The translations under genes and the position numbers were made by a program. Shown piece after piece: positions 44,099-53,758 of a stretch of DNA of 64,000 nt; the stretch's first letter is position 1; the number at the start of each line of letters is the position of its first letter. This stretch comes from an uncultured Rikenellaceae bacterium. Lineage in GTDB: Bacteria; Bacteroidota; Bacteroidia; Bacteroidales; VadinHA17. The notes beneath the pieces are model-generated. The model saw nothing but the letters and a program-made list of their open reading frames with translations, was not told the DNA's origin and searched no databases. The stretch is taken from the NCBI GenBank assembly GCA_964522415.1, contig CAZFVQ010000001.1, positions 131,569 through 195,568 on the forward strand, written 5' to 3'.

Positions 44099-46342
44099 TT
44101 ATGAGAAATTTTCGACCCTTTTGACGTTTTCAATACCCTTCACATTTGAGATCTTGAGTATGAGGTTGTTCAGGTCTTTTGTGTGATGTACATACAGGTC
44201 AATGGTGCCTTCGAAGATACCCTTGTTGACGGAGAAGTTAATATTTGTCATGTTGACACTCAGTTCATAGGAAATGATATTGGTTATGTCGTTTACAAGA
44301 CCGATTCTGTCGATACCTGCCACACTTATTCTTGCAAGGAATGACACGAATTTATGGATGGCCCATTTAACGGCAACTATCCTGTTCCCTTCGTTTGAGC
44401 TCAGCCTGATGGCTGTCGGGCATGTGGGTTTATGAATTATGATGGAACCTTCCGGTGATCTGTATCCTGTAACGTCATCCCCCGGTATGGGTTTACAGCA
44501 GTCTGCTATTTCATAGGACTGTTCAGCGCTGGTAACATCCTCCCTGAGAAGAAAGGGAGCACCGGTATCAATTTTGTCCGGAACCTGAACAGCTTCCTCA
44601 GTTTCCTTTTTTGTGCCTATGAACTTAAAGTTCCAGTATTTGATGATGCTTCTTGGTTCTGTTTTTCTGAGTATCTTTTTAAGGTTATCAAGATTGATCA
44701 GTCCCAGTTCAATACCTGAATATAGTTCATCTTTATTGGATACATTGTAAGCAGTCATCAGTTTTTTAAGGACTTCCGCATTTGGAACAATTTCCAGTTC
44801 ACCGAGCTTTGACTCGAGCATTTCTATACCTTTCTGGATCCGGTTTATTGTTTCTGTTTTGAGGGCATCCTTTATGTTCTCCTTTGCCCTGGTTGTTCTG
44901 ACCCAGGAAAGCCATTCCTTTTCCGGCCGGGCAATATCAGATGTAATTATTTCCACCTGATCGCCGCTCATAAGAGTTGTGTTCAGCGGAAGAAGCTTAA
45001 AGTTGATTTTGGCACCGATTGCCTTGTCTCCTATCTCGGAATGGATTTCATAGGCAAAATCGAGTGCGGATGCACCTTTGGGAAGACTTACCAGTGAACC
45101 TTTGGGTGTAAACACCATGATTTCGGATGAAAAGAGATTCATTTTGAATTCATCCAGGAATTCAATCGGATCTTCGAGAGGATTCTCGAGCATGACCCTG
45201 ATCTTTTTTATCCATTTGTCCAGTTCTGTTTCCTTTGATGTGTCACCCTTGTATTTCCAGTGAGCGGCATATCCCCTTTCCGCCACTTCATCCATTCTTC
45301 TGCTTCGTATCTGGACTTCCACCCATTTTCCGTCAGGACCCATTACGGTAAGGTGCAATGCTTCATAGCCATTTGGTTTTGGCCGGCTGATCCAGTCGCG
45401 GAGTCTGTCGGGCTTTGGCAGGTATGTATCCGTGATCATGGAATAAATATTCCAGCACTGGGTTTTTTCAGATATTTCCGGCACCGGATCGAAGACTATC
45501 CTGACTGCAAGTACATCATAAATTTCTTCAAAGGGCACACCTTTGGACTGCATCTTTTTCCAGATCGAATAGAGCGATTTCGGGCGTCCGTTTATATCGT
45601 AGTTGTATCCTGCCGAGGTCAGTTTGTCAATTATGGGAAGGGAGAATTTATTTATGACCGCATAATATTTTTTCTCACTGTGTTTTAGTTTCGATGCCAG
45701 TTCTTCATAAATCTGGGGCTGACGGAATTTGAAACTCAGATCTTCGAGTTCGCTTTTTATTGAAAACAGGCCGAGGCGCTGGGCAAGGGGGGCATAAAGG
45801 AATATTGTCTCACCTGCTATCTTCATTTTTTTATGCTCCGGCATCGAATTGAGAGTACGCATATTATGAAGACGATCAGCAATTTTAATGAGAATCACTC
45901 TCATGTCATCCGAAAGTGTAAGCAGCATTTTCCGGAAATTCTCTGCCTGCATCGAAGATGAAGACGGTTTGTTATATGTCCCTGAAATTTTGGTAAGGCC
46001 GTCTATCAGGGAAGCGATCCTGGGATTGAATTTTCGCCTTATATCGTCGAGGGTGTAATCCGTATCCTCAACCACGTCGTGAAGCAGGGCTGTGGCAATT
46101 GATCTGGCACCAAGACCAATTTCCTGATTCACTATTTTTGCCACGGCTATGGGATGGATAATATATGGTTCACCTGATTTTCGCCGCATATTCCAGTGAG
46201 CTTCATTTGCCGTGTTGAAAGCTCTCTCAATAAGCTCCCTGTCTTCCGGATTATTGCATCTCAGGAGATTATTAACAAGTGAATCATATTCAGCCTGAAT
46301 ACGGTTTTTATCCTCTTCGTCAAAAAAATCCTTTTTCCCCAT
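44099..46342 (-). CDS. Bifunctional (p)ppGpp synthetase/hydrolase, RelA/SpoT family
   Basis: HD hydrolase block (HPIAVA ... LLHDVVEDT), a synthetase block (YRSLH-type: NGYEALHLTVMGPDGKWVEVQIRS), and TGS and ACT-like C-terminal domains. The ATG at 46342 is preferred because the TTG at 46375 overlaps the promoter motif. Confidence 0.9.
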   Translation of the reverse strand: MGKKDFFDEEDKNRIQAEYDSLVNNLLRCNNPEDRELIERAFNTANEAHWNMRRKSGEPYIIHPIAVAKIVNQEIGLGARSIATALLHDVVEDTDYTLDDIRRKFNPRIASLIDGLTKISGTYNKPSSSSMQAENFRKMLLTLSDDMRVILIKIADRLHNMRTLNSMPEHKKMKIAGETIFLYAPLAQRLGLFSIKSELEDLSFKFRQPQIYEELASKLKHSEKKYYAVINKFSLPIIDKLTSAGYNYDINGRPKSLYSIWKKMQSKGVPFEEIYDVLAVRIVFDPVPEISEKTQCWNIYSMITDTYLPKPDRLRDWISRPKPNGYEALHLTVMGPDGKWVEVQIRSRRMDEVAERGYAAHWKYKGDTSKETELDKWIKKIRVMLENPLEDPIEFLDEFKMNLFSSEIMVFTPKGSLVSLPKGASALDFAYEIHSEIGDKAIGAKINFKLLPLNTTLMSGDQVEIITSDIARPEKEWLSWVRTTRAKENIKDALKTETINRIQKGIEMLESKLGELEIVPNAEVLKKLMTAYNVSNKDELYSGIELGLINLDNLKKILRKTEPRSIIKYWNFKFIGTKKETEEAVQVPDKIDTGAPFLLREDVTSAEQSYEIADCCKPIPGDDVTGYRSPEGSIIIHKPTCPTAIRLSSNEGNRIVAVKWAIHKFVSFLARISVAGIDRIGLVNDITNIISYELSVNMTNINFSVNKGIFEGTIDLYVHHTKDLNNLILKISNVKGIENVKRVENFS

Positions 46343-46372
46343 AAATTTATCCTGTAGTTTGCGCGAAGGATA

Positions 46373-46380
46373 CAAATATA
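46373..46380 (-). promoter_or_regulatory. -7 promoter motif TATATTTG upstream of relA/spoT
   Basis: Exact TAnnTTTG match 31 nt upstream of the ATG at 46342. Confidence 0.45.
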
Positions 46381-46435
46381 ACCTTATTCATTAAAAAAAA
46401 CCTGATGATAATGGAATGAATGCTGAACCCGGAGC

Positions 46436-47926
46436 TTATTGATTCTTCAACGTGACTGTTCCGGTTTTCGACACAGAATTGCCCGACGGGGTCTTTATTC
46501 TGAGGATCCAAAGATATACTCCTTCGGGAAGAACTGAACCCTTCAGCCTCCCGTCCCATTTTTCGTGGAAATCGCGGCTTTCAAAAACGATCCTTCGCCT
46601 CAGGTCGGTAACCACAAGGTGATATTCCGACGGCGTGAAGGACAGAACCGGCCTGAAATACCTGTTTATTTCCTTTATATTGCTGCCTGCGGGTATGAAC
46701 ATATTCGGTACAGCTATATTTTCAGGCAGTGACAGGCAGAAGGGGAAGGAAGAACTTTCGCCCGAAAGGCCATGTGGATTGAAGGCCTCAAATGCCGTAA
46801 TCATGAAACACAGTTCCTTTGCGCTTAGCTCATGCATAATATCAGAATAACTGACTGACCAAAGAGTATCAGCTGAAGAAGTTATGGCCAGCTGCCTGTA
46901 TCCTTCACCGGTATCGGCATAGAGAATATATGAATCTACAATACCCGACCATTTTCTGTATGAATTCCAGCTCAGGTCAATCATGTTTTCCGAATAGCTT
47001 CCCCTCAGCACAATATTTGAAGCCAGGTTGGAATATTTTACCGGAACCCCGCAGTTGTTTACGGCGGCCAGTCTGTAATAATGTATTTTTTCACTGTCTG
47101 CTTCATCATCGGTACAGGTGACTGTTGAACTGACTGAAGTCAAATGTTTTATGGTCCGGAACCCATCCTCTCCGGCTGTTTTTCTTTCAAGCCTGAATGT
47201 TGTGATTTCCGATCCGGGATCTATTGTGAATGACAGTTTTATTTTGTTGTTATCTCCCGCGCTTGCATAATCGGCATTGATCCATGCGGGAGCCTTCTGC
47301 ATCCGGGTCAGCACGCAATCCCTGTTTGATTCGGAAACCTGTCCGTTTGCCAGACCTGCCCGTACAAAAAAACAGTATTCCCTTTCCGTTATGAATTCAT
47401 TTATTATGAATGAATTTATGTCCGGTTCCGTTTCACCGGCCTTAAAGAAAGGTTCACCTTCCACGGACATCATTATAGAATAATCAGTTACAGGATGGGG
47501 CACAGAGCTGTAACTGTTCCAGGTTACTTCCAGTCTGTTGTTGCAGGTATCAATCCGTGCCACGGTGAATATGGTGCTCAGTGGTTTTGAAAGCTCACTG
47601 AGGTTTTTTGCAGAATCAAAAGCTGCAATAACATAGGATTCACTGTAATACGATGCTCCCGATCCTGTATGCAGGTAATTTGTGATCTGCGGGCCATACA
47701 GGGTGTCAATGGCATATCCTGCATTATCAATGTAACGGTAGATCACATATCCCCACAGGTCGGGGGATGTGCTGGGATGCCATGTAATTTCCACATCTCC
47801 TGTTTCCGGGTTTACTGTAAGCAGTTCAGGTGCGGGAGGCAGCGGGGGAATGGAATCTGTCTGCCCTGACAAATTCAGGGAAAGGATAAGGAGGATCAGG
47901 GAAGTTAAATATTTTGCTTTTATCAT
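46436..47926 (-). CDS. Secreted FN3-repeat protein with a T9SS type-B-like C-terminal sorting domain
   Basis: Signal peptide, then FN3-like modules (VEITWHPSTSPDLWGYVIYRY, LEVTWNSY, IDLSWNSY). The C-terminus reads VPNMFIPAGSNIKEINRYFRPV ... GVYLWILRI. Confidence 0.75.
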   Translation of the reverse strand: MIKAKYLTSLILLILSLNLSGQTDSIPPLPPAPELLTVNPETGDVEITWHPSTSPDLWGYVIYRYIDNAGYAIDTLYGPQITNYLHTGSGASYYSESYVIAAFDSAKNLSELSKPLSTIFTVARIDTCNNRLEVTWNSYSSVPHPVTDYSIMMSVEGEPFFKAGETEPDINSFIINEFITEREYCFFVRAGLANGQVSESNRDCVLTRMQKAPAWINADYASAGDNNKIKLSFTIDPGSEITTFRLERKTAGEDGFRTIKHLTSVSSTVTCTDDEADSEKIHYYRLAAVNNCGVPVKYSNLASNIVLRGSYSENMIDLSWNSYRKWSGIVDSYILYADTGEGYRQLAITSSADTLWSVSYSDIMHELSAKELCFMITAFEAFNPHGLSGESSSFPFCLSLPENIAVPNMFIPAGSNIKEINRYFRPVLSFTPSEYHLVVTDLRRRIVFESRDFHEKWDGRLKGSVLPEGVYLWILRIKTPSGNSVSKTGTVTLKNQ

Positions 47927-47978
47927 TATTGCAGGCTCTTCATTGAATACCGGTATGAGTTTTTTTCAGCTTCCCGTA

Positions 47979-47986
47979 CAAACTTA
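47979..47986 (-). promoter_or_regulatory. -7 promoter motif TAAGTTTG upstream of the 46436-47926 cargo gene
   Basis: Exact TAnnTTTG match 53 nt upstream of the ATG at 47926. Confidence 0.4.
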
Positions 47987-48018
47987 ATTAAAAAACGGAG
48001 ACGCTTTAGGAATGTTTT

Positions 48019-48026
48019 TATATTTG
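48019..48026 (+). promoter_or_regulatory. -7 promoter motif TATATTTG only 7 nt before the ClC start codon
   Basis: Exact TAnnTTTG match in the same TTTTATATTTGCAAA context as the aroB motif. It implies a very short or absent leader. Confidence 0.35.
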
Positions 48027-48033
48027 CAAAATT

Positions 48034-49809
48034 ATGTTAACAGGCAGGTTATTAAGGAATATTTTTCGGCCCCGGGCAGAAAAGACCGGACAGGTAAACC
48101 TTGTTTATGTGCTTAGCATGCTTGTGGGTCTGCTTAGTGCCGTGGCTGCCATAATCCTTAAAAACACAATTCATTATACTCATCACTTCCTTTTAAGGAT
48201 AGGCTCCATGGGTTCATGGAACCTGCTCTACCTGGCCCTGCCGCCCACCGGGATGCTCCTTACCCTGCTATTTGTGAAATATGTGGTGAAGGACAATATA
48301 GGTCATGGGGTAAGCAGGGTTCTGTATGCGATATCACGGAAAAAAAGCATTCTTAATCCGCATAAAACCTGGACATCCGTTGTGGCATCCACAATCACCA
48401 TTGGATTCGGAGGTTCGGTGGGAGCTGAGGCACCCGTAGTGCTAACCGGTTCATCAATAGGTTCCGTTGTCGGAAATTTTTTCAGGCTCAGCTACAGAAG
48501 TATCACGCTTCTGATCGGATGCGGTGCTGCAGGTGCCATTGCAGGAATTTTCAATGCACCAATCGCCGGCATCGTTTTTACCATTGAAATACTGATGCTT
48601 GACCTTACAATGTCATCAATTGTTCCCCTGCTGATCTCTTCAGTAACAGCGGCAACAACAACCTATTTCCTGATGGGGGATGAGGTACTTTTTTCATTTT
48701 CCGTGAGGGAGGCCTTTAACATTACAAATATTCCCTGGTATTTGTTGTTTGGGATAGTATCCGGCCTGCTATCGGTATACTTTTCAAAAACAACACTTTA
48801 TCTTGAAAGCAGATTTGAGAAAATCAGTAATGATTATGTAAGGCTGGCTGTCGGAGGCGGCATTCTGGGATTGCTGATATTTTTGTTTCCGCCTTTCTAC
48901 GGGGAAGGTTACGGAACCATTATGCAGTTACTGAAGGGAGATACAAATGCAGTATTCGGAAATACGCTGGTTGGCGGATTCCAGGATAATTTCCTTGTTA
49001 TCGGCCTTTTTATGTTCTGCCTTGTCCTTTTTAAGGTGTTTGCATCAAGTGCAACCAACGGAGGTGGTGGTGTCGGAGGCATCTTTGCCCCCACACTTTT
49101 CATGGGAGGCATAAACGGATACCTTTTTTCAGAAATACTGAACAGGATCTTTAATGTGGACCTGCCTGACAAGAGATTTGTTCTTGTAGGAATGGCAGGA
49201 ATGATGGCCGGTGTGATGCATGCACCCCTGACTGCGATTTTCCTGATAGCTGAAATTACCGGGGGATATGATCTTCTGATACCCCTTATCATTACTTCGA
49301 CCGTGGCTTTTATAACGGTGAAGGGCTTTCAGCCCCATTCAATCTACCATGTCCAGCTGGCGGAAAGGGGGGAACTGATCACCCACGACAAGGATAAGGC
49401 GGTAATGACAATGATGGACTGGAAGAAGGATATTGAACTTGATCTTGTAAAGGTGAAACCCGACGATACTCTGGGTGACCTTGTAAAGGCAATATCGAAA
49501 TCGAAGCGGAACATTTTCCCTGTTGTGGATGTTTATAACATACTTGAAGGTGTGGTCATACTGGACGATGTGAGGGAAATAATGTTTAACACCGAGCTTT
49601 ATGATGTGACCTTTGTAAGGGATCTTATGACAATTCCACCCTCATATATCGACAAGGAGGAGGATATTGAGACGGTGATGGAAACCTTCAGGAAAACAGG
49701 GGCATGGAATCTCCCGGTTCTTGACAAGGGATATTATGCAGGATTTTTATCCAAATCAAGAATTTTTTCAACCTACCGTGAATTGCTGGTCGAGTTTAGC
49801 GAAGAATAA
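48034..49809 (+). CDS. ClC-family chloride channel/antiporter with two C-terminal CBS domains
   Basis: ClC blocks GSVGAEAP and [10 protein letters not shown], about 10-12 TM helices and a CBS pair at the C-terminus. Confidence 0.85.
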   Translation: MLTGRLLRNIFRPRAEKTGQVNLVYVLSMLVGLLSAVAAIILKNTIHYTHHFLLRIGSMGSWNLLYLALPPTGMLLTLLFVKYVVKDNIGHGVSRVLYAISRKKSILNPHKTWTSVVASTITIGFGGSVGAEAPVVLTGSSIGSVVGNFFRLSYRSITLLIGCGAAGAIAGIFNAPIAGIVFTIEILMLDLTMSSIVPLLISSVTAATTTYFLMGDEVLFSFSVREAFNITNIPWYLLFGIVSGLLSVYFSKTTLYLESRFEKISNDYVRLAVGGGILGLLIFLFPPFYGEGYGTIMQLLKGDTNAVFGNTLVGGFQDNFLVIGLFMFCLVLFKVFASSATNGGGGVGGIFAPTLFMGGINGYLFSEILNRIFNVDLPDKRFVLVGMAGMMAGVMHAPLTAIFLIAEITGGYDLLIPLIITSTVAFITVKGFQPHSIYHVQLAERGELITHDKDKAVMTMMDWKKDIELDLVKVKPDDTLGDLVKAISKSKRNIFPVVDVYNILEGVVILDDVREIMFNTELYDVTFVRDLMTIPPSYIDKEEDIETVMETFRKTGAWNLPVLDKGYYAGFLSKSRIFSTYRELLVEFSEE

Positions 49810-49826
49810 TAATTAAAAACAAGGAT

Positions 49827-51107
49827 ATGAATAAGGACAACAGGATTTTTGACATAATTGAAAGAGAACGTCAGCGTCAGCTGAATGGTATTGAACTGAT
49901 CGCTTCCGAGAATTTCGTGAGTGACCAGGTTCTGCAGGCTATGGGGTCAGTACTTACCAACAAATACGCTGAAGGCTATCCGGGGCGGAGATATTATGGC
50001 GGATGCGAAGTTATTGATGAGGCGGAAGAAATTGCAATAGAAAGGATTTGTAAGCTGTTCGGGGCGGAATATGCGAATGTGCAGCCTCATTCTGGGACCC
50101 AGGCCAATATGGCTGTTTTCCTTGCCGTGCTCAGGCCGGGTGATACCTTTATGGGACTCAATCTGTCTCACGGGGGACATCTTACGCACGGATCTCCGGT
50201 CAATTCTTCGGGAATGCTTTACCGCCCCGTGTCATACGGTGTTAGAGAGGATACAGGACAGGTAGACTATGACATGATGGAAGAACTGGCCATGAAGGAG
50301 AAACCAAAGCTGATAGTGGGAGGGGCATCAGCATATTCGCGTGAGTGGGATTATGAAAGAATGAGAGCGCTTGCCGACAGGATAGGTGCGGTTTTTATGG
50401 TTGACATGGCTCATCCGGCCGGACTCATAGCTGCCGGACTGCTTAATAATCCCGTGAAACATGCCCATATTGTTACCTCAACAACGCATAAGACACTCAG
50501 GGGACCGAGAGGCGGCATCATCCTTATAGGCAGGGATTTTGAAAATCCCTGGGGGATAAAAACTTCCAAAGGTGAAATAAGAATGATGTCATCCCTTGTG
50601 AATTCAGCAGTATTTCCCGGAGTCCAGGGAGGACCCCTTGTACATGTTATTGCTTCGAAAGCCGTTGCTGCCGGTGAAGCCCTTGGTCCGGAATTCAGGA
50701 GCTACCAGGAAAAGGTGAAGAGAAATGCACAGGTGATGGCAGAGAGTTTTATTGAAAAAGGGTATAAGGTGATTTCAGGCGGCACCGACAACCATCTCAT
50801 GCTGATTGATCTCAGAACAAAATTTCCTGCCATCTCGGGCAAAAAAGCCGAGAACACCCTGGTCAGGGCCCATATAACAGTAAACAAAAACATGGTACCC
50901 TTTGACAGCCGCTCGCCCTTCCTTGCATCCGGCCTCAGAATGGGAACACCTGCCATAACAACACGGGGAATGGATGAGGAACATATGCCGCTTATTGTTG
51001 ATCTGATTGATGAGGTGATTTCAAATATTGATAATGAGGCTGTTACTAAAAAAGTAGGAAAAAAGGCCATTCAACTGATGAAACCTTTCCCTCTTTTTGC
51101 CTATTGA
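49827..51107 (+). CDS. glyA: Serine hydroxymethyltransferase
   Basis: [19 protein letters not shown] and [14 protein letters not shown] (PLP lysine) blocks. Confidence 0.95.
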   Translation: MNKDNRIFDIIERERQRQLNGIELIASENFVSDQVLQAMGSVLTNKYAEGYPGRRYYGGCEVIDEAEEIAIERICKLFGAEYANVQPHSGTQANMAVFLAVLRPGDTFMGLNLSHGGHLTHGSPVNSSGMLYRPVSYGVREDTGQVDYDMMEELAMKEKPKLIVGGASAYSREWDYERMRALADRIGAVFMVDMAHPAGLIAAGLLNNPVKHAHIVTSTTHKTLRGPRGGIILIGRDFENPWGIKTSKGEIRMMSSLVNSAVFPGVQGGPLVHVIASKAVAAGEALGPEFRSYQEKVKRNAQVMAESFIEKGYKVISGGTDNHLMLIDLRTKFPAISGKKAENTLVRAHITVNKNMVPFDSRSPFLASGLRMGTPAITTRGMDEEHMPLIVDLIDEVISNIDNEAVTKKVGKKAIQLMKPFPLFAY

Positions 51108-51162
51108 CAGTTATTTATACTATCTTTAAATCAATAGTTCAGGAATAAACCTATGCTCTGAA

Positions 51163-51552
51163 ATGCTTGGAAAGAGACTGATTTTTATCGTAGATGATGA
51201 TCCTTTTATCAATACGCTTATTGTCAGGAAATTTGGTTCGGAAGGATTTGAAGTCAAGGCTTTTGAAACAGGTGAAGGCTGTATTGACAATATTGACGAT
51301 GATCCGGGACTAATTATTCTTGATTATTTTTTTTCCGGCAACAGTGTTTTGTTCCCGGATGGTATGGTGATTTTCAACAAGATAAGGGAGCTGAAACCGG
51401 AAATGCCGGTGATCATGCTTTCTGGTCAGGAAAGCGGGGAGCTGGTACTTGAGTTTGCCAGGAAAGGTATAGCTGATTATATAATCAAGGACAATAATCT
51501 GTTAGAGAATCTCTCTGCCGCTGTCAGCGATGTTTTTGACAGGGAAGACTGA
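51163..51552 (+). CDS. Stand-alone response-regulator receiver domain protein
   Basis: CheY-like layout: IFIVDDDP, LIILDYFF (phospho-acceptor Asp) and PVIMLSGQ; no output domain. Confidence 0.75.
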   Translation: MLGKRLIFIVDDDPFINTLIVRKFGSEGFEVKAFETGEGCIDNIDDDPGLIILDYFFSGNSVLFPDGMVIFNKIRELKPEMPVIMLSGQESGELVLEFARKGIADYIIKDNNLLENLSAAVSDVFDRED

Positions 51553-51586
51553 AGTCAGCAATGTTCCTGACGGGGAGTACTGATAT

Positions 51587-52522
51587 CTATTTGAGTATGA
51601 AGTTGTAGGTAATTGTTCCAACCTGAGTGAAAGGTGCGTCAGGATTGGGTTCGAACTGTGCTTTCTCGGCAGCATTTTTTGCCAGGCTGAGCAGGTTTTC
51701 ATCCAGGGTTGTTGATCCCTTTACTCCGGGCGTTGCCCGTGTTACCCTCCCTGATCTGTCGACGGTTATTTCCACTACAACCCTGCCTTCCATCTGGTAT
51801 TTATATTCGGGCAGGGGAAGTCTCTGCACACCTCTTCCCCCAAGTTCATAGGATACGCCTTTATCTCCCAGTCCGCTTCCTTCGCCACGGTTGCGGGAAT
51901 CCACTGATCCGGCGGGGGAACCCTGATTACCGGCTCCTCCGGCAATACCTTCACTTTTTGATGTGGTGCCGACATTTTTAGCTCCTTCCAGAGCACCCAT
52001 GGTACGGCTTTTTATTTCTGCCTCCCTCTTTTCTTCAGCTTCCTTTTCCCTTCTTATCCGTTCGGCTTCTAACCTTTCCTTTTCTATCCGTTCAGCTTCC
52101 AGCTGCCTTCTTATCCGTTCGGCTTCCATTTCGGCCCTTCTTATCTTCTCTGCCTCCAGCTGTTCCAGCCGTCTTTTCTCTGCTGCAGGATCCACTTTTT
52201 TGACTTCCGGAGCCTCTTCAATATCCTGGGTCAGAAGAGCCTGTTCGTTTGAAGCGGTCTGCGGCACGGCCGCCGGAGGCGGGGGAGGCAGTGAAGCCTC
52301 TGCCGTTGCAGGCGGAGGGGATGGTTCTATTGAGCCCAGGCCAGTTTCGCCGGTGCCGAAATTAACCAGGATACCTTCTTCGTTTTCAGGGGGAGGCGGC
52401 ACGGAAAAGCCAAGAACTATCAGCAATACCAGTGTCACAGCATGTATTACGGTTGTTCCGATAATCCCCTTTTTCTTTTCGGAAGGAATTCTGTAGAGGT
52501 CGTTATTTTGGTGTAGTCGCAA
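51587..52522 (-). CDS. tonB: Energy transducer TonB with a long Pro-rich and Glu/Arg-rich repeat linker
   Basis: N-terminal TM anchor, a Pro-rich stretch, an EAERIRR-type repeat linker and a C-terminal TonB domain (GRVVVEITVDRSGRV ... ). The start is TTG and overlaps exbD by 20 nt, so it is uncertain. Confidence 0.8.
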   Translation of the reverse strand: MRLHQNNDLYRIPSEKKKGIIGTTVIHAVTLVLLIVLGFSVPPPPENEEGILVNFGTGETGLGSIEPSPPPATAEASLPPPPPAAVPQTASNEQALLTQDIEEAPEVKKVDPAAEKRRLEQLEAEKIRRAEMEAERIRRQLEAERIEKERLEAERIRREKEAEEKREAEIKSRTMGALEGAKNVGTTSKSEGIAGGAGNQGSPAGSVDSRNRGEGSGLGDKGVSYELGGRGVQRLPLPEYKYQMEGRVVVEITVDRSGRVTRATPGVKGSTTLDENLLSLAKNAAEKAQFEPNPDAPFTQVGTITYNFILK

Positions 52523-52895
52523 TTATTAATTTATAATTGTTTGCCTGTGCTATGTTTAATACTTCCACAACACTCTCAAAGGGAACGTTCTTGTCGGCGT
52601 GAAGTGAAATATATGTATCCGGATTGCTTCCGAGCTTCTGTCTGAGGGCAGCCTCAAGTTCTGCAAGACTTACAGGCTGTTGTTCAACATAGTATTTCTG
52701 GTCTGCGGTTATCGAGACAGTGGTCTGGGGTTTTGCCGCTGTTTGTGCCGATCCTTTCGGAAGAAGCAGTTTAAGAGCTGTCGGGTGAACAAGTGTTGAG
52801 GTCAGCATAAAGAATATCAGCAGGTTGAACACAACATCAGTCATTCCGGTGGATGAGAAGTTTATACTTATCTTATTTCTTTGTGAAAAAGCCAT
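52503..52895 (-). CDS. exbD: Biopolymer transport protein ExbD/TolR
   Basis: 130 aa with a single TM (MTDVVFNLLIFFM) and a periplasmic ExbD-like domain. Confidence 0.85.
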   Translation of the reverse strand: MAFSQRNKISINFSSTGMTDVVFNLLIFFMLTSTLVHPTALKLLLPKGSAQTAAKPQTTVSITADQKYYVEQQPVSLAELEAALRQKLGSNPDTYISLHADKNVPFESVVEVLNIAQANNYKLIIATTPK

Positions 52896-52903
52896 TTCTG
52901 ATC

Positions 52904-53587
52904 TTATTTAACCGGTTCATTCAAAATATCCATAAACTCCGTAAGTGTGGCTTCCATGTTGAAGACAACCTTTTCGACTCTGACAACAAGTGTATTATAG
53001 GCAAAATAACCGAGTATTCCAACAGACAGACCTGCGACGGTTGTGATCAGTGCAGTGTAGATCCCGTCTGAAAGGAGGGAAACATCAATATTGCTTCCTG
53101 CCTGTGCCATTGCGTAGAATGATTTCACCATTCCTATAACCGTTCCGAGAAATCCCAGCATAGGTTCTGCACCGGTAATGGTGGCAAGAGTGGGAAAGCT
53201 TTTTTCAAGTTTCGAAATTTCAAGCTTCCCGGCATTTTCTATTGCCGTACTGATGTCATGCAGTGGCCTTCCGAGCCTTTTTATTCCTTTCTCGATCATT
53301 CTTGCTGAGGGACTGTCGGTGGAGCTGCAGAGTGCCAGAGCAGCTTCAATCCTTCCTTCGTGTATATAATCCTTGATCCTGTTCATGAAAGACATATCCT
53401 GCTGTGATGCTTTTTTTATCACATAGAATCTTTCAATAAAAATATAAGCAGCCACAAAGGACAATAACACGATGGGGATCATAACCCATCCACCCTTCAT
53501 TGCAAAATCGAGAAGCGTCAAATGCGAATCAACTGTCGTTTCGACAGGCAGGTTGACATCCTGCATGGCAAACTGTAAAAATCCCAT
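52904..53587 (-). CDS. exbB: MotA/TolQ/ExbB proton channel protein
   Basis: Three TM helices and the conserved C-terminal block LGFLGTVIGMV ... ALITTVAGL. Confidence 0.85.
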   Translation of the reverse strand: MGFLQFAMQDVNLPVETTVDSHLTLLDFAMKGGWVMIPIVLLSFVAAYIFIERFYVIKKASQQDMSFMNRIKDYIHEGRIEAALALCSSTDSPSARMIEKGIKRLGRPLHDISTAIENAGKLEISKLEKSFPTLATITGAEPMLGFLGTVIGMVKSFYAMAQAGSNIDVSLLSDGIYTALITTVAGLSVGILGYFAYNTLVVRVEKVVFNMEATLTEFMDILNEPVK

Positions 53588-53758
53588 CTTAATTTTCGTA
53601 TTTCCGTTTAGTATGTATTATTTCTGTTATTTAACCTGCGAATATATTAAAAAACGTATTGATAGTCCCCTGTAGTATTCCCTGTTAATAACAAAGGCTT
53701 AATTTTTATTAACCGGAAACTGTTTCAGCAGCCGGAGGAAAGCTTCTGGCGGTAACTG

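Noticed and set aside
51963-52496. A 177-aa Ser/Ala-rich ORF antisense to tonB.
   Set aside because: It is the mirror image of the Glu/Arg/Pro-rich repeat linker of tonB: low complexity, with no motifs.
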